Of a stretch of DNA of 64,000 nucleotides, positions 36,805 through 50,052 are shown piece after piece; position 1 is the stretch's first letter; every line of letters begins with the position of its first letter. Origin of the DNA: Marsupella aquatica (taxonomy: Eukaryota; Plantae; Marchantiophyta); contig OZ316892.1 of assembly GCA_973895155.1 (NCBI GenBank), forward strand, positions 19,975,869 through 20,039,868. The letters are read 5' to 3'. The position numbers and the translations under genes were made by a program. The notes under the pieces were generated by a model that made no database searches, was not told the origin of the DNA, and saw nothing but the letters and a program-made list of their open reading frames with translations.

Positions 36805-37882
36805 ATAGGAATGTAGGATCAATGGCTACAGAAACCACAGGACCACATTTTGTTTTCAACAAACCCAGCTAACGTCAATCGCATGTCAGTTATGTTCTAC
36901 AAAACGAGTTCTGAAATGATGCCAGAAACACGGACATCAGGCCTGTAGGTTGCTTCAAATGAGCTGGAATGTGTAGATCTTCTTCGATTGCTGAACCCAC
37001 TAAACATATACAGCAAACCGGCCTTCTCTGGTGCCTCTGTGTCCGTTTTCTGCATTTATCTGATGTTTAGCTTGGGCAAACTGGATCAAAGCATTCTGGT
37101 GTTCTTGAAGACATCTGAATTTCCTCGCAAGGTTTTGGCATATTCCCTGTGTGAATCCGGAAATTTGTTACGCAGTTAACTGTAGCACTTGTAATCTTGA
37201 TTGATGGAGCAAGCATTCCTATTTGTTGCAAACAGACAAGACACATTTGCTCTAAGACAATAGGTTTTGGCACATTCCCTATTTTCTTCAATGAACATGG
37301 AATCAGTACATGCAAATTCCAGTAAAGGGTCCATTACTGCGCTACATGTGAGTTGGAGTGGATTTCAAATTATTCAGTTTGCTGACCGTTAACCAAAAGC
37401 AGTCCAGAACAGTGATGTTGGAAGTGATGGTGTTACATTGTATATTCAAAGGAGCTTCTGTACACAAGTGACAATCAGGTATCTGATTACGTTATGTCCA
37501 CTTTACCCACCATAGCTTGCTTGACAAAAGTGATGCTCTCATCGACCAAGCGGGTGAACCATGCAACCCCCTTGGACCATGACACATTTTACATGTCAAG
37601 TTTTGAAATGCAAAGTTTGACCTTCAATATCTGCCGTTCTATCCAGGGCAATTGGCTCTTCTTGGGCCTGTTAATAGACTCTTGGAAACATCTTTCCTAT
37701 GAGTCTAATGAAATCAAGTTTCACGGAGAATTGAGAAACCTACAAAGTTTTCAAAGATTGCTGAATTGATTTCTTGCCACATGTGAAATCTGTACTATGT
37801 GAGCAGAAAGAGGCTATGGTGCAATCCATCTGGGAAGCGTAAATCTATACGTTAGTTCGTCAAATGTGGAGGTATGTCAGGG

Positions 37883-37900
37883 TATATATATATATATATA
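37883..37900. repeat. (TA)9 microsatellite
   Basis: Direct reading. Confidence 0.95.
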
Positions 37901-39077
37901 CGTCCTATCACCTACCAACCCTTGTTGATCAAACAGGGCCGTGGGCAAAGCCATGTGATAACAACAGGCTCAACTAATATTTTAGAGTTGACATAGTTTT
38001 GACATTACATTCTAACCACACATTCAGGCTATTTTTGGGCCCAATCACAATACTGAACTAATGTTCACCCAATATTTGGTCCGAAGACCCACTTGAGCAG
38101 AATCTGTAGTGTTAGGCCGACCACTGATATAGAGGACCAGGCCTAATGGTTGTTTTGTTGTACGAGAAGGTTTGCAAGCTTTTGAAGAAATCTATCATTT
38201 ATCCTTCTTTTGCTTTGTATCATACTCTAGCTAAAGTTCTCCTCTGGCCAACTGACCCCTTTTTCTTTCTCACTTGAAGCCCTGTTGTCAGCTAGTACTG
38301 GCTCCAAATATGGGAAAATCTATTAGGGGTCTTAGAGGCACTGTAGGCTTTTGATCTAGCCCTGAATCTCAAATGCTGGGTAAGGGGTGGTGGAAGCAAT
38401 GTAGGCTTTTTATCTAGCCCTGGCTCCAAATATGAAGAGTTTGTGATTATGAGGGAGTTTCAAACCTAAAAATATTTGGTTCACTGACACTCCTTGCCTT
38501 ATGGGTGATTAGTAACTGCATGGCCAAGACCAAAAATGGTTGTGGCGGAAACGAAAACCACCTCTCCCTAAAGATTTGTCATTGGGGCCCCAAGAGGCAT
38601 GACTTTGAGGTAGTTCACTTGAGTAGAGACTAATAGGTCTTGGGTTCAAGTGTTGTGAGCTGACTCTTCCCAACTATTGTGACTAACTTTTCCCTTTCTG
38701 TGGGGTTTCACAGATTTTCCTTAAAAAAAAATTGAAAAAATGAAGAAAAAAAAATTTGTCGTTGGGTCCTTGGTCATTCCTGGCATGCAAAGGCCCACTA
38801 GAAGTGGAATTTTCTATTGAGCCCCACTCCAAAATCTTTTGTCAAGAAACCAAAAAGCTACTACTGAGTGTCTCACCACTCTTCCTACCTGACGAGGGTC
38901 TTTACCACATTCTGAAAAGGTTTAAACTACACAATTTGACATTTACTTTAGATGTAAAGGATGTCACAGACCGTCCATGGGTGCTTCTTTTTGCGTTTAA
39001 TACCCTTTCACGTTGCATAGTTGGGTGATTCTTGAATAGAACGCACAATCCAGATATAGATCGGGGTATTATAATGA

Positions 39078-39920
39078 TCTCTACTCTTACTAAAATATTC
39101 GTTTTCTTAGGCACCTTAAGCGTGTTAAGGTATGGAATAATGCTCTCCCATGACTAGAGCTCAAGACCTCAAATCGAGATTCTTCGATATTCGAGGCGTT
39201 ATGGCCCATAATGCCGCAATTACCGTAATACACACAAATAATTAAACCCTGATAGTCTCAATCTCGATAGTCTCTCGACCCGAGCGTCCGACGGCCAGCG
39301 GCGGCACGGGGCGTAGCTACGGGAGTCGCCAAGTTAGAAAGACAGCTAGAGCTTCGCTGCCTTGGAACGCGCGCCTACTGCCTAGTATAGAGATGGGCAG
39401 ACCCGCCCCTAACTCAGCCACCCCTACAGTCATGCTGCGGAGGCGCTCCTAGACGCGCGGTAGCCGTCGCATGAACTGATTGACGCCACGATGAGCCGAT
39501 GAGGAGTGTCAAGTGTAAACGGCGGTGGCGCGGTGCCCTGCGGTCGTGAAGGGGCCAGATCTGGAGCGTCGAAAAGGACGAACAGAGATCAGGAGCGTTG
39601 ATAGCGGTCCCCTGCGTTAAGTGGCGTGGCCGTCATTTTGCAGGCCGGGTCCGGAGCCCAATGAATGGGAGCGCGGATACAGGGGGCCGTCGAGGGGTTT
39701 GACTGGATTAAATGATTAATAGGGGTCGCGATTCCCGAAATAGGTATTTTATTCTAGACTGCAGGCTGCCATAATGCGGCAATCATTCTGTCAGAAAGGA
39801 CATGGCATCCCTGTCCGGTCGTCCACTACGTTAGTAGACAACTTCTATAAGGTTCTCACGCCGGTCGTCTACTACCTGAATAGACCACTCTACGGGGTTC
39901 TCACGTAGGGTAATTTTTAA
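39078..39920 (+). mobile_element. Possible second-family non-autonomous Helitron with CpG-rich interior
   Basis: A|TCTCTACTCTTACTAAAAT resembles plant Helitron 5' ends; CTACG...CGTAG hairpin near 39890-39908, but no clean CTAG follows. Confidence 0.3.
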
Positions 39921-40661
39921 TGTTTTCTCTGGTTCGATGGCATATATAATGTTGGAGAAGGTATTAGGAATATTCCCTATCCAATTTGGTAGACCAATTC
40001 AATGACATAATTATATCAGTGTCATAGTTTGATGGTGAGTATTATTGTTGAGAAGATGCGAAGAATGTTTAATTTGGTAGACTACTGTAGTTTATTATAA
40101 GCCAGGAAACAAGAATATCAAACCTGGAGACTGGACATTTGGGGGTGAAAGATGCAGTTAAAAGTAATGAAAAGTGAAGGAAAAGAGCACAAGAGGACCA
40201 AAGAAACCCCACAAGTCCAGAGAGAGCCACTAATTTGTGACCGATAAATTTTAAAGAGAGGTGTCATATTCTGGCTAATGCGGTGTCTGGCTAGGAAAGA
40301 ACCTGAGGGTTACTAACGGGAACATAAAAAGTATATGCAGCACTAGAGATGGCTTTAGATATTCACTGTTCACTAATAGGGCAGAGGCTCTTTCTGGCCT
40401 CTGGATAAACTCTTTTCGGTGACTACTGTACTCCGTAGGGCTTTAGATACTCTTGCGCTTTTTGGCTCTTGGTTTTGTTGGGGTTTTTCTTTGTGCTTTC
40501 GTGTCATGGGGCATCTCCTCTGTTTGCTCCCTTCAGTGGGTCTCTTGTCATTGGGGTCCTGTCTCCCTATTTCACCCTTATTGCTCTTTAGTAGGGTTGT
40601 ATAAAAGTCCAGTGAATTTTAGTCAAAAGTGAAGAAGATTCGACAAGTGAAATTTGATGAG

Positions 40662-43650
40662 TTTTTATTTTTTATTTTTTAATTATTATTATTATTATTA
40701 TTACTTTCATGAAGGGCAGAGCCCGGGAAACTTTATTCAACAAAAAAGGCAATACAAGATCTCCCGCCTGAGAGGAGGAGGCAGGAACGAGCAGAAAGAA
40801 AAGGTGGCTGAAAGAGGGAGCACACCCACGGCAAGGGGGAAGGGAGTCCTCCCAAGCTGCCCAAGAGAAGGGGGCAGACCAGAGGTGGAGAGGACTCCCA
40901 AGATTGGGAAGAAACATAAACCATGAAACCCAACCATACAGCCCCAGGAGACACCAAAGCAACAATCAACCCAAGACACCAGCCAAGGCACGGCAAGGAT
41001 TGAGCTGAGCACCACTCTCCACTGGCCGCCAAAGCAGGTCCAAGAGTCCACCAGCAATAAGAGCAGTCGATAGTAACCAATGACCACGGCGCGGCCCCAA
41101 TTGCATCAGGGTAGGGAACGGCATAGAGGCATAGTCCAGTGACAGGAAGCGAGTCAGAGGAAAAAGGGAATTGATCCCCCAACATCACCGAGAAGGAATC
41201 CCGCTACAAAGGGAAAGTCCAGCATGGGTAGGGCAAGAAATGTGATCGTCGAACCTCGAACTTCCTCCTCTGCCCAGATTATGAACTGCAAAATGGCCCA
41301 GACAACCGGCTGCAAGATGTGCAAGATGTGTCCCCGAGAGGGATCAAAGGAGAGGAATAATAGCTCGGTGGTGCCAGGAAGAGCGAAGAGACTGCTACGT
41401 TAGGTGAAGAAGAACCCCGCATCCAAGACCCAAAGACGAGATCTAGCCACCAGTGTCAAAGAAATGATTCCTCGTCAAAAGGAGAACCAAGTGGAGAGTG
41501 GAGAGAGCCAAACCCCTGAGGAGAACCAAGGTTAGTATCCGAGCAAGAGTGTAACTGAGGGGGGACCTGGGAAGTGTATAAGAACACATAGTATGTTCAT
41601 TCAGATGAAGACCTTCCTACTGCCAAACGAGGAATTTATGATCAGAAAAGGTGCCATATCGGAGCACTATATTGTTGTAATACTATGAGAATGGTCATAA
41701 TTTCCCAAAGGACAGACCGAAAGAACCCCACTACCTGTGAGAGTCCCGGGAGGGCAGAACATATCAACAAAGCTGACCCCGAAGGATCAAAAGGGTGGGT
41801 AAGAAGGAGGATCGGCGCTCCAATGCCAGTGAGTCATGTCGGGGACGGGATCCCCATCTGTTCCGAGATGGTGAGGGAGAGAGGACAATATCCAGGCCGG
41901 AAAAGAAGAAACAGCATCTCCACAGCAAGGGCAACCGATAGAGAAGGAATCCAGAGTTCCAAGTGAGCCAGAATAGGAGCATCAAGAGTCAATGATCAAT
42001 CTGAAATCCGAGCGAGTCCGTGTGAAAATAATGTTGAGCAGATAAAGGTAGCACACCGCTCGTGATAAGAGAAGCAGTTGGATCGAGAAAGAGAGCGATG
42101 GGACAGAGATGAGATGAGTGTAGCTTCATGAGACACAAAGCGGAGGTCATGGAAGAGGAGGGATATGGTTGATAGCCAATCCACAATGGGAAGCGGAGTA
42201 CATCCGCGGGGAACACAGAAAGGACAAGCTATCGCTCAAGAAAGGGCCACAAACATATAATTGACTCTCACCAATACTATATATTGGGAACCGAGCGGAC
42301 AAGAAAGGCTAGGCGATACTCCCAGTAAAACAGGGCCCATAGAAGGCCAAAGAGAACGAAGAGGGTGCTGGACAAGGGTGATGGAAGGGATGATAAATAC
42401 GATAACTGGACAACGGCTGAATACCCAACCGAAAACAACAACATCGCGAGTGATAGGCAAGGAACAAAGGACGAAAGTCAGGGAATACGCCGGTTGGCTA
42501 AAGGGCTGGAGATGTATTTCTGCGCATAATGCAGCCTGAGCCTCTTTGTTTCTGAGTCGGAACATATTGTCACTGAGCGAAGGTGTAGAACAACGGAGGA
42601 CGCTGCAGCAAATGGTGAGAAGATAACAGACCGGGATTGAAACTGAAAAATATTACAATTTTTCCAGAGCTGCCACACAGTTTCATATATAACGAAGAGA
42701 CGAGCGGAAGATCTAGGGGAACGGCTTAGGGACAAGTCCAAAAGACTGATGAAAGAGGTGCCACGAGGGATGAGAGAAATCGCAGGCATTCTCTCATAGA
42801 ACCAAGCCGTCCGATTCCAGGCCATAATTGCCTGTGGACAAGAGAAGAAGAGGTGCCGGCTGTCTTCCGTGCATTGTCGACAGAACGGGCAACACCCGTC
42901 GCCATGCCCACATTGAAGAGCCCGCTTACTTGTGATTAGCCCTGCAACCAATACTCTCCAAAGAAAAATCTTGCCCCGATTAGAAAGGTCAGAACACCAG
43001 ATTCTTCTCCATCGTCGTTTGATGAGTTTTGATGAGTTTTTGCCACTAACAATAAAGAAATCCAACACGCAAGCCACAGTGCACGAGGCAGCTCTATGTA
43101 TGCATACCATCTCAGTCTAAATCTCTGTTTGGGAGGTCTGGGAAGTAGTTAGCCTTGCAGGACAACCCAAGAATAAAGCATCTTGTTTTAGGATATGTAA
43201 TGACAGTGATAAAATCCACAAATGTTGTTTAATTTGTAATGGTCTTCTTAATCTAGCTGTGCCCACGTAAGTCAGAAGGAGCATGTCAATTTTAGATTCA
43301 AGGGGCCAACTACGGCAATTATGCAAGTTAGGAATTAAGTGAGAGCTTCAGCAAAGTGTCATATGTGTCTACATGGACGCCAACCAGGGAGAGGTTGCAA
43401 GCCAGGTTTATCTATGTTTCCCTCCAGACCTAGAGAGCTCACACCTCAACGTCGAGGATCAGGAACACGATTCCTTTTATTTATTGTTTCAAAATCATTT
43501 TTTACTGACTAGTAAAATCCAGTAGCAGAATGAGCCAGGCCTAGAAAAGACCTCGTCACCAGCATAATTCTGAAGGTTCTTTCTTCTTGGCCAAGTCAGC
43601 CAATATCATTTTGTGTGGGGAGAGGATGTTAGGATCATTCTTTATCTAAT
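40662..43650 (-). mobile_element. 5'-truncated L1-clade LINE (ORF2 C-terminus with zf-RVT, ~1.8-kb 3' region, TAA/poly(A) tail)
   Basis: WRRIWCSDLSNRGKIFLWRV...CPFCRQCTEDSRHLFFSCP in ORF 42478-43110; minus-strand tail (TAA)n-AAAAAATAAAAAATAAAAA at 40662-40702. 5' boundary is approximate. Confidence 0.85.
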
Positions 43651-45379
43651 TATATTAGATTAGTTTATGAGCAATAGATTTCATCATCGTCAAGGATAAC
43701 TATCAAATTCTGGCTAAGGGGGCCTTGGCTAGGCGGGAAACTTCTAATGGAAACATTTTAATCAATTTTTGCCAAAAGTGGCTATCACGACTTTTCACTC
43801 AGGTGGAATCTATCTAACTTTTGCCACAAAAGAAGGCTGCAAGACACTTCCCGACACGAGGCCACGGTAAAAGACACACCAATCATCTAATGTGCAGACC
43901 TACCACCACCTTTTTGGCACTGTAAAGAGAAATGGATATCTCACTATTAAAGTCAGTGCATAGAAGTATTACGTACCATTCTATATAACCCCAGCAACTC
44001 CTGCAACTTTCACTGAAGACAGCAATAGGGCGTCTCAACCCTCAAATTTGATGCACCTGAACTTAGTAGTTAAGGTCACGGACAATTAAAGTTATGGGCT
44101 GCCAAATTGTTGACCCACAACTATTTGCCATAAAGATTTGTTGTATGCCATGACCATAAGTCACTGTGGTTAATGAAAACAGAAAACAGAAAAAGATACA
44201 AAAGTATGTGAAAAAACTATAACCATTTGCATGGCAGAATCTATCATTGTAACTATGAACCTTTCAGACACCCTAATGCCACCAATCTAACCTGAGATTG
44301 AACCCAAAGAACTACACTTCACCTTAATTAGTGTAACTCAAACAAAGCTTGCAAATGCGTCATTGCAGAATACCTTATCAAATATCAATTGCTTGTTCGC
44401 TCTTTGGTTGAAAACGAAAGCCAAAGAGTGCTCGCATCAGATTATTTTTATGTTTTCTTGTTTTGAAAAGTCCCTCGAAAGACTCCTGGCTACATTTATT
44501 TATTGTTAGTGAGCTTTACAGAAGAAGTTAAAAAACTCCACGATGACTCGGAAAGTTCAGCGTATTGTCATCAAGTCAATCTTTTTCGTTGTAGAAATGG
44601 GCAGTTCATATTATTAATGACCTATAGTACAAGTGAAGTACAAGCACAGAGTCATCAAGTCAATCTTGCGAGGTCACCAGAACATTCCATTCCGAGGAGT
44701 CCCGGTAATTGCACATCAAAAGTGTGCACTCTACTGTATTGGCACAGTCCCACATGCTGGGATGCTACGCCCAGTTGTTTGGGAAGTATTTCTTGCACCT
44801 AAGTTCTTTCCGCCCGAATTGCTTGTAAAGATCTTTCTGTTCAGGGCAACCTTGGGCACCCGGCTGACCTGCCCAGCCCATCTGCCCATACCTGCCATTA
44901 TGCTGCCCAGCACCGCGGCTGCCCGTATGTTGCTGCCCAATCTTCCTCTGCCCGAACCTCGCCTGCCCGCGGTTCACCAAAAACATTTCGCCCCCCCTGC
45001 CCACGTTCTGAAGGGCAGGTACTCACATGCTTCGGACATGGATGGAATTCGAGTCAGGCACAGACGGAAAGACCGGGCAGCCCTGTGATACCTTCGGAAC
45101 TGACTAGAACGTTGCCGCACACAATTCTCGTACCTCGAAGATAATCATATTTCCGTTGACGCTTGTCACGGTATGAAACAAAGACGGGTAGCAAAAGCAC
45201 AAGGTAATTGTACCGGCTCGTCAAAGCATGACATCCGCGACCCGTGAACGTCTTTCTCCTCTTGTCTTTGTGCCCAGCTCTCAGTCCTATGTGTTTAGGG
45301 TTTAATGTCCCGCAATTTTGTAAGCCCTCATCTCTGAAGAACCACATTCCATACCATTGCGAGGTTGTTGGGGGTCACT

Positions 45380-46853
45380 ATGGAAGCCGCAGAGCCCGTT
45401 TCAATTGCGTCCAATTGTCTCGAAGCAATTGAAGGGACTCATTTTAGAAAGGTCCTGAATGCTAAGCACCTGAATAGGCTGGACTGGGATTGTGTCATTC
45501 TCGGGTGCCCTAGCGCGAAAACTTGGGCGAGGAAAGATCGAATCAACGAGCATTGGCGCTGGTGCCATAATGGGGTCGTTCAAATTACACAGCTTGGCAA
45601 GGGAGGGCGGAAGCCCATAGACGGCAAGGAAGGGAGGAACGCCTCAAATGAAGAGATGCTTAAACTCATGCGAACCAGGCACGGCTTCTTTCCCTGGAGG
45701 TGGCAGCAAGCCAAGAGCTTGAAGCTTCAACAAGAGAAGAACTACGTGGTCAAGCAATTTCTCACCCGCCACTTGGGGTACCTTCAGCAGGGTCCTCCAC
45801 CCCGCCCCGGCCCACTTCCTGCATTGTTGCTCGCGTTTGATGTTGTTGACCCTCCATATTTGGATACATGGGATCACCTTAAACACCACGTTTATAGGGT
45901 GTGGTTACTGGCACATTTGAAATTTGTGTTGTACGATCGTGGAGAAGAAGCGAAATCCTTCCGGGACTATATGGGATCGAGGCTCTCTGCATTGCATGAC
46001 AGCCGGGCCGCACTGAAGGGGGTGAAGAAAGTCGAGTCGGACTCCAAGCTTCATGCATTACAAAGTGTGGTGTCAGCTTATCACGACCGAGGTGAACAAT
46101 TGACTGAGCTACTCCGCGAAGCTCGGGCTTACATGGACGAAGCTGGTGCACGGTACTGGTATGATGCCTTCCATTCCGGTCCAGAGTGCGAGATAGAGGA
46201 AGCTGCCACCATGAATTATCTTGACTGGCGATTCAGCTCTTTAGGAAAGGAAAGAAAAATGAGCGTTGCCAAAACTGGAATTGCTCATCGCAGGAGGCGT
46301 CTTCTTGAATTAGGCGTGGACGAGGACGAACGCACAGCAAAAATTCAGGTACCCGCTCAGTCTCCACAACCTCCGTTGTTTGAGAATTACACTTTACAAC
46401 ACGACCATTGCCAACGTAATGAACACAGCCTTGTGGTTCTGCACTTATATTGGGTGCTTGCTATAGGGTAGGTTTACCGATGCCGAACAAGATCTCTCCG
46501 ACGACGATGAGAAATTTAGAGCCCGTGTGAGCAGGTTTGAATTGCACCTGGAAGTCACCAAATTTGTTTTGGACAACCCAAAATTGAAACCAGCGCCTTT
46601 GGGGGTCTGGGCAGCTACATTCCAAGTTGCCGACAGAGATTCCCGGGATGATAAGCTTGTGGTCAGTGCTAGTGAGAACCGCGGTTCCATGCAGTGGGAG
46701 CATAGGGCTCAGGCTTTTTTGAAAAGCTTATTCCAAGCCACCGATGCTGTTCCTTTGCGCCAAAGTAAAACCAAGCGAACCGGGGCGTTGGTTGGGCACA
46801 AACGAAAGAAGGCAACAGATGGGACTAGGCGTTCGACACGAACTAAGCCATAA
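45380..46853 (+). CDS. Two-exon hypothetical protein (~451 aa) with an N-terminal C2H2-like zinc finger
   Basis: Exons 45380-46348 and 46467-46853 join in phase 0 (CAG|GTACCC...TATAG|GGT); CVILGC-PSAKTWARKDRINE-HWRWCH; basic C-terminal KRKK. Confidence 0.6.
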
Positions 46854-48364
46854 GGGCGGTGAAAAAAACTCCATACATGAACCATCTGCCTCATCGGCAC
46901 TTTGGATCCAGACATATGTGAACCTGCGAGTCCATACTTACTACAATCGTAATGTTTCCAAACCTGAATTCTTACGTAGCGCAATCAAAACCAAGCCTGG
47001 ATAATTCTGAGGCTTTGGAGCATTGCATCATTCTTACACGACCATGTGTCCAGATACTTTGAAATAGAACACAGAACCCGCATTCATACGAAAAAGCGTT
47101 CTCCATATTTCAAATCAATTAAATGGCGAATGATAAAGTCATATTCATTATGTCAAATCCCTCTGTGCGCCCGTGAACAGTGTGCCTGTATTCGGGTTAT
47201 GTTTGTCAAATGTTTGCCATAATCGTGGTATGTGGCATTTATTCCAACAGTTCGCCCTTTCGTATTGTTGGCTATTCGTATCGTACCGCGATGTTCAATG
47301 CAATTATTCGTAATCGTGGTATTGGGGATTCATCCATTTCCCGGTACACATATGTTATGGGACGGCCACGGAGGGTAAAGGTGGGTATCGCCGTATGTAT
47401 GAATGTCTCCATAAAACTGTGCCAACAGCAAACTGGACGGAGTATGCAAAATTATATCACTGCAGACCTCGATATCTCTCACTTTGATCAGCGTTACATG
47501 TACAACCCTGTGCTTTGAGGGGAATCATGATCTACGCTTGCTTCACAAGGGATCGAAATAACGGTAAGCACAGACTTGCAATTTGGTTGTGTTTTCTGTC
47601 ATGGGCCCTGTGTAGCGTATTATTGTGATAGTTGCATGAAACAGCTTTGTGCCGGAGCAGGGAACAGTGACATTTCAGTTCTCGTGTAATGAGATGAGAG
47701 AAGAGGAGAGGAGAGCAGGGGGGAGCTATCACTAACCTCTATCATTCTCCCCTTAACTGCTCTCTTCTCCTGCTTGGGTCATATTTTTTCCGAAACAAAA
47801 ACTAGGCTTTCTCTAAAAGCTTCTTCCCTGTGTACTGATTGACACAGGGTCGTCATCTCGGAGATTCCTACACAACCATTAAATGGCCCTTCTCCCTCCA
47901 CTGCCTTAGCCTTCTTGTCAAACTTGGTTTAGGAATATATGGCCTCCATGAATCTCGACCCTGTTCCTCATGGATCCCTTTTACTCAAAACCACTTTCTA
48001 CTCGACAAGCGAGACCCAACGCTCTTGTTGAGTATCTCATCAAGACTAATGTCTGGTTCTAGGACATGACGCTGAAGCTTAGGGTTTAGGGCGAACTAAC
48101 CCATCCTTGTCCGATCCCCATAATCTAATTATTCACATTCATGAAACATTTGACGTGAAGAATTTGAGCCCGACAGTTCTTTTCTGGAAGCCGCAATAGC
48201 CTCTGCCGTCACATGTAATATTAGCGTTTCATACCACAATGCAAAATTTCATGCCATCAAATCAATGACTGCTCACAGTGCATTTCCACATTCCGACGTT
48301 TGACCTACGGCAGGGGCATGTTATGCATTACGTGTTGGTGATAATTTATCCAATCGTTCTCTCA

Positions 48365-48841
48365 TCGCTGCGCTACTTATCCTTCACTGAGGTCTACTGT
48401 AGTGTTCATGGTCGACAACATACATTTGATCTAATCAAACCGTGATAAATTGGATACCAAAACTAAGTATCATTGTATGTCTACCACCCATCAGAGTCAA
48501 AGTCAGTATCATCATCATTCTGCGAGTCACTGGTTTGGCAAATGTCAAAATGCAATTTGGAGAATTGAGTTACCACATTTCAACTGCGATTAAAAAATCA
48601 GGGAAACAACCCTGAAAAACAAAACTACACTGTAGTATCACAACACCAGTCGATAAAATCCGGCATCGTGTCCCTCGCTGCGCTACTTATCCTTCACTGA
48701 GGTCTACTATAGTGTTCATGGTCGACAACATACATTTGATCTAATCAAACCGCGATAAATTGGATACCAAAACTATGTATCATTGTATGTCTACCACCCA
48801 TCAGAGTCAAAGTCAGTATCATCATCATTCTGCGAGTCACT
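48365..48841. repeat. Direct duplication, 2 x 167 bp (48365-48531 and 48675-48841)
   Basis: Near-identical copies covering the last codons, stop and 3' flank of the small minus-strand gene at 48791-49132. Confidence 0.9.
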
Positions 48842-49132
48842 AGGATGGTTGGCCTCATGATGAGCTCTCGCCTCCTCCTTTGCTCTCTTCAAATAAAATT
48901 CCGAGCTCCTTGCGCGCTCCTTGCGAGGTTTCTTTACCGCCCGCTTATTGGGGGCCTTCTTGACCCGCAGGGCCCGGGCGGGACAAGGCACCGCTCCTTC
49001 CTACTGCTCCAAAGGTGGTCGTGGAGTTGCCCGTTCTCCTGAAGGCTGCCCCTTAGTGGCGATATTAGATTGAGCTGCAGGGGCCTTGTCATGGCCTGCC
49101 TTTGCACCGTCCTTGTGGTTTGGAGGAGCCAT
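48791..49132 (-). pseudogene. Small basic/acidic-tailed ORF (~113 codons) with one in-frame TAG at 49001
   Basis: MAPPNHKDG...PPLEQ*EGAVPCPARALRVKKAPNKRAVKKPRK...DDDTDFDSDGW reads in one frame across the stop. Confidence 0.4.
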
Positions 49133-49846
49133 GGAAGTGGGAAGGAAGCTAAAATGGAGCAGTGAGCGAGCACAAACTCCCTTGCCTGCAATGTGCTTAG
49201 GTTTGAGCACTATGATAAACATTCACGAAGGTAGGCCACTTCCTATCGACAATTATGTTGTGCAGAACCTCGTTCCTCTAGGTTTATATGTAATTGGATA
49301 CAGGGTACAAATATGAAGACCATCTTCGCATGTTTACGTTCTTGCATCGCGGAGCATCGTGGAAAGGCGTTAGTGCGCATCTATGTCAGTCAGTGCCAAT
49401 CGCGTGTCGCGCCCAAACTGCTTAATACGTGAGATTTATAAATGTTGTCATGGTATGATAGTAGGACGGAGGTGTACGCCTTCACCCCTGCCGGTAATCA
49501 CACATCAAAATGTGGCTGCATTCATTGATCGATAGACAAAAACTTGGGATATCACGGTATGCACGAGGTGTCGTACATAGTATGTGTCGTCATTTGATGT
49601 GCACCCGTCCTCACCTGGGCCAGCAATTGTGTCCAATAATCATAACCATACCTTCACGCTAAATCACGATCACGAGCCACTGCCGCTTAGGTTCCCTTCA
49701 CATACCAATCGCCCCCATTGGCCGACACCTACCAGAATTGATGCCGAGCACACTTCAAAAAGTACTAATGTGCGACCTGCACTCATGGATTCACGGAATT
49801 CATGTATGTTCTTCACAGTATGACACTACACCTTAAATCAAGTTAA

Positions 49847-50052
49847 TCTTCCTCCCCTCATCTTTCTAGTACAACTCCTTGGGTCCACATACTCCCGAAC
49901 AAGATTAGCTTATCTTTCTCCCTCATCTTTCCGTTACAACTCCCTGGCTCCACATACTCCCATAACAGATTAGCTTACCTTTCTCTCCTCATCTTTTGTA
50001 TAGAAGTCCGTGGGTGCACATACTCCCACAAAAGATTACCTTATCTTTCTCC
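49847..50052. repeat. Tandem repeat, ~3.2 x 66 bp
   Basis: CCTCATCTTT...CACATACTCCC...AGATTAGCTT units. Confidence 0.85.

Noticed and set aside
40640-43680. TSD for the LINE (TTTGATGAG vs TTTATGAG)
   Set aside because: Match too short and imperfect to fix the 5' boundary.
44633-45088. Overlapping Pro-rich (plus) and GQ-rich (minus) ORFs
   Set aside because: Both arise from a CTGCCC low-complexity tract; cannot tell whether either is real.
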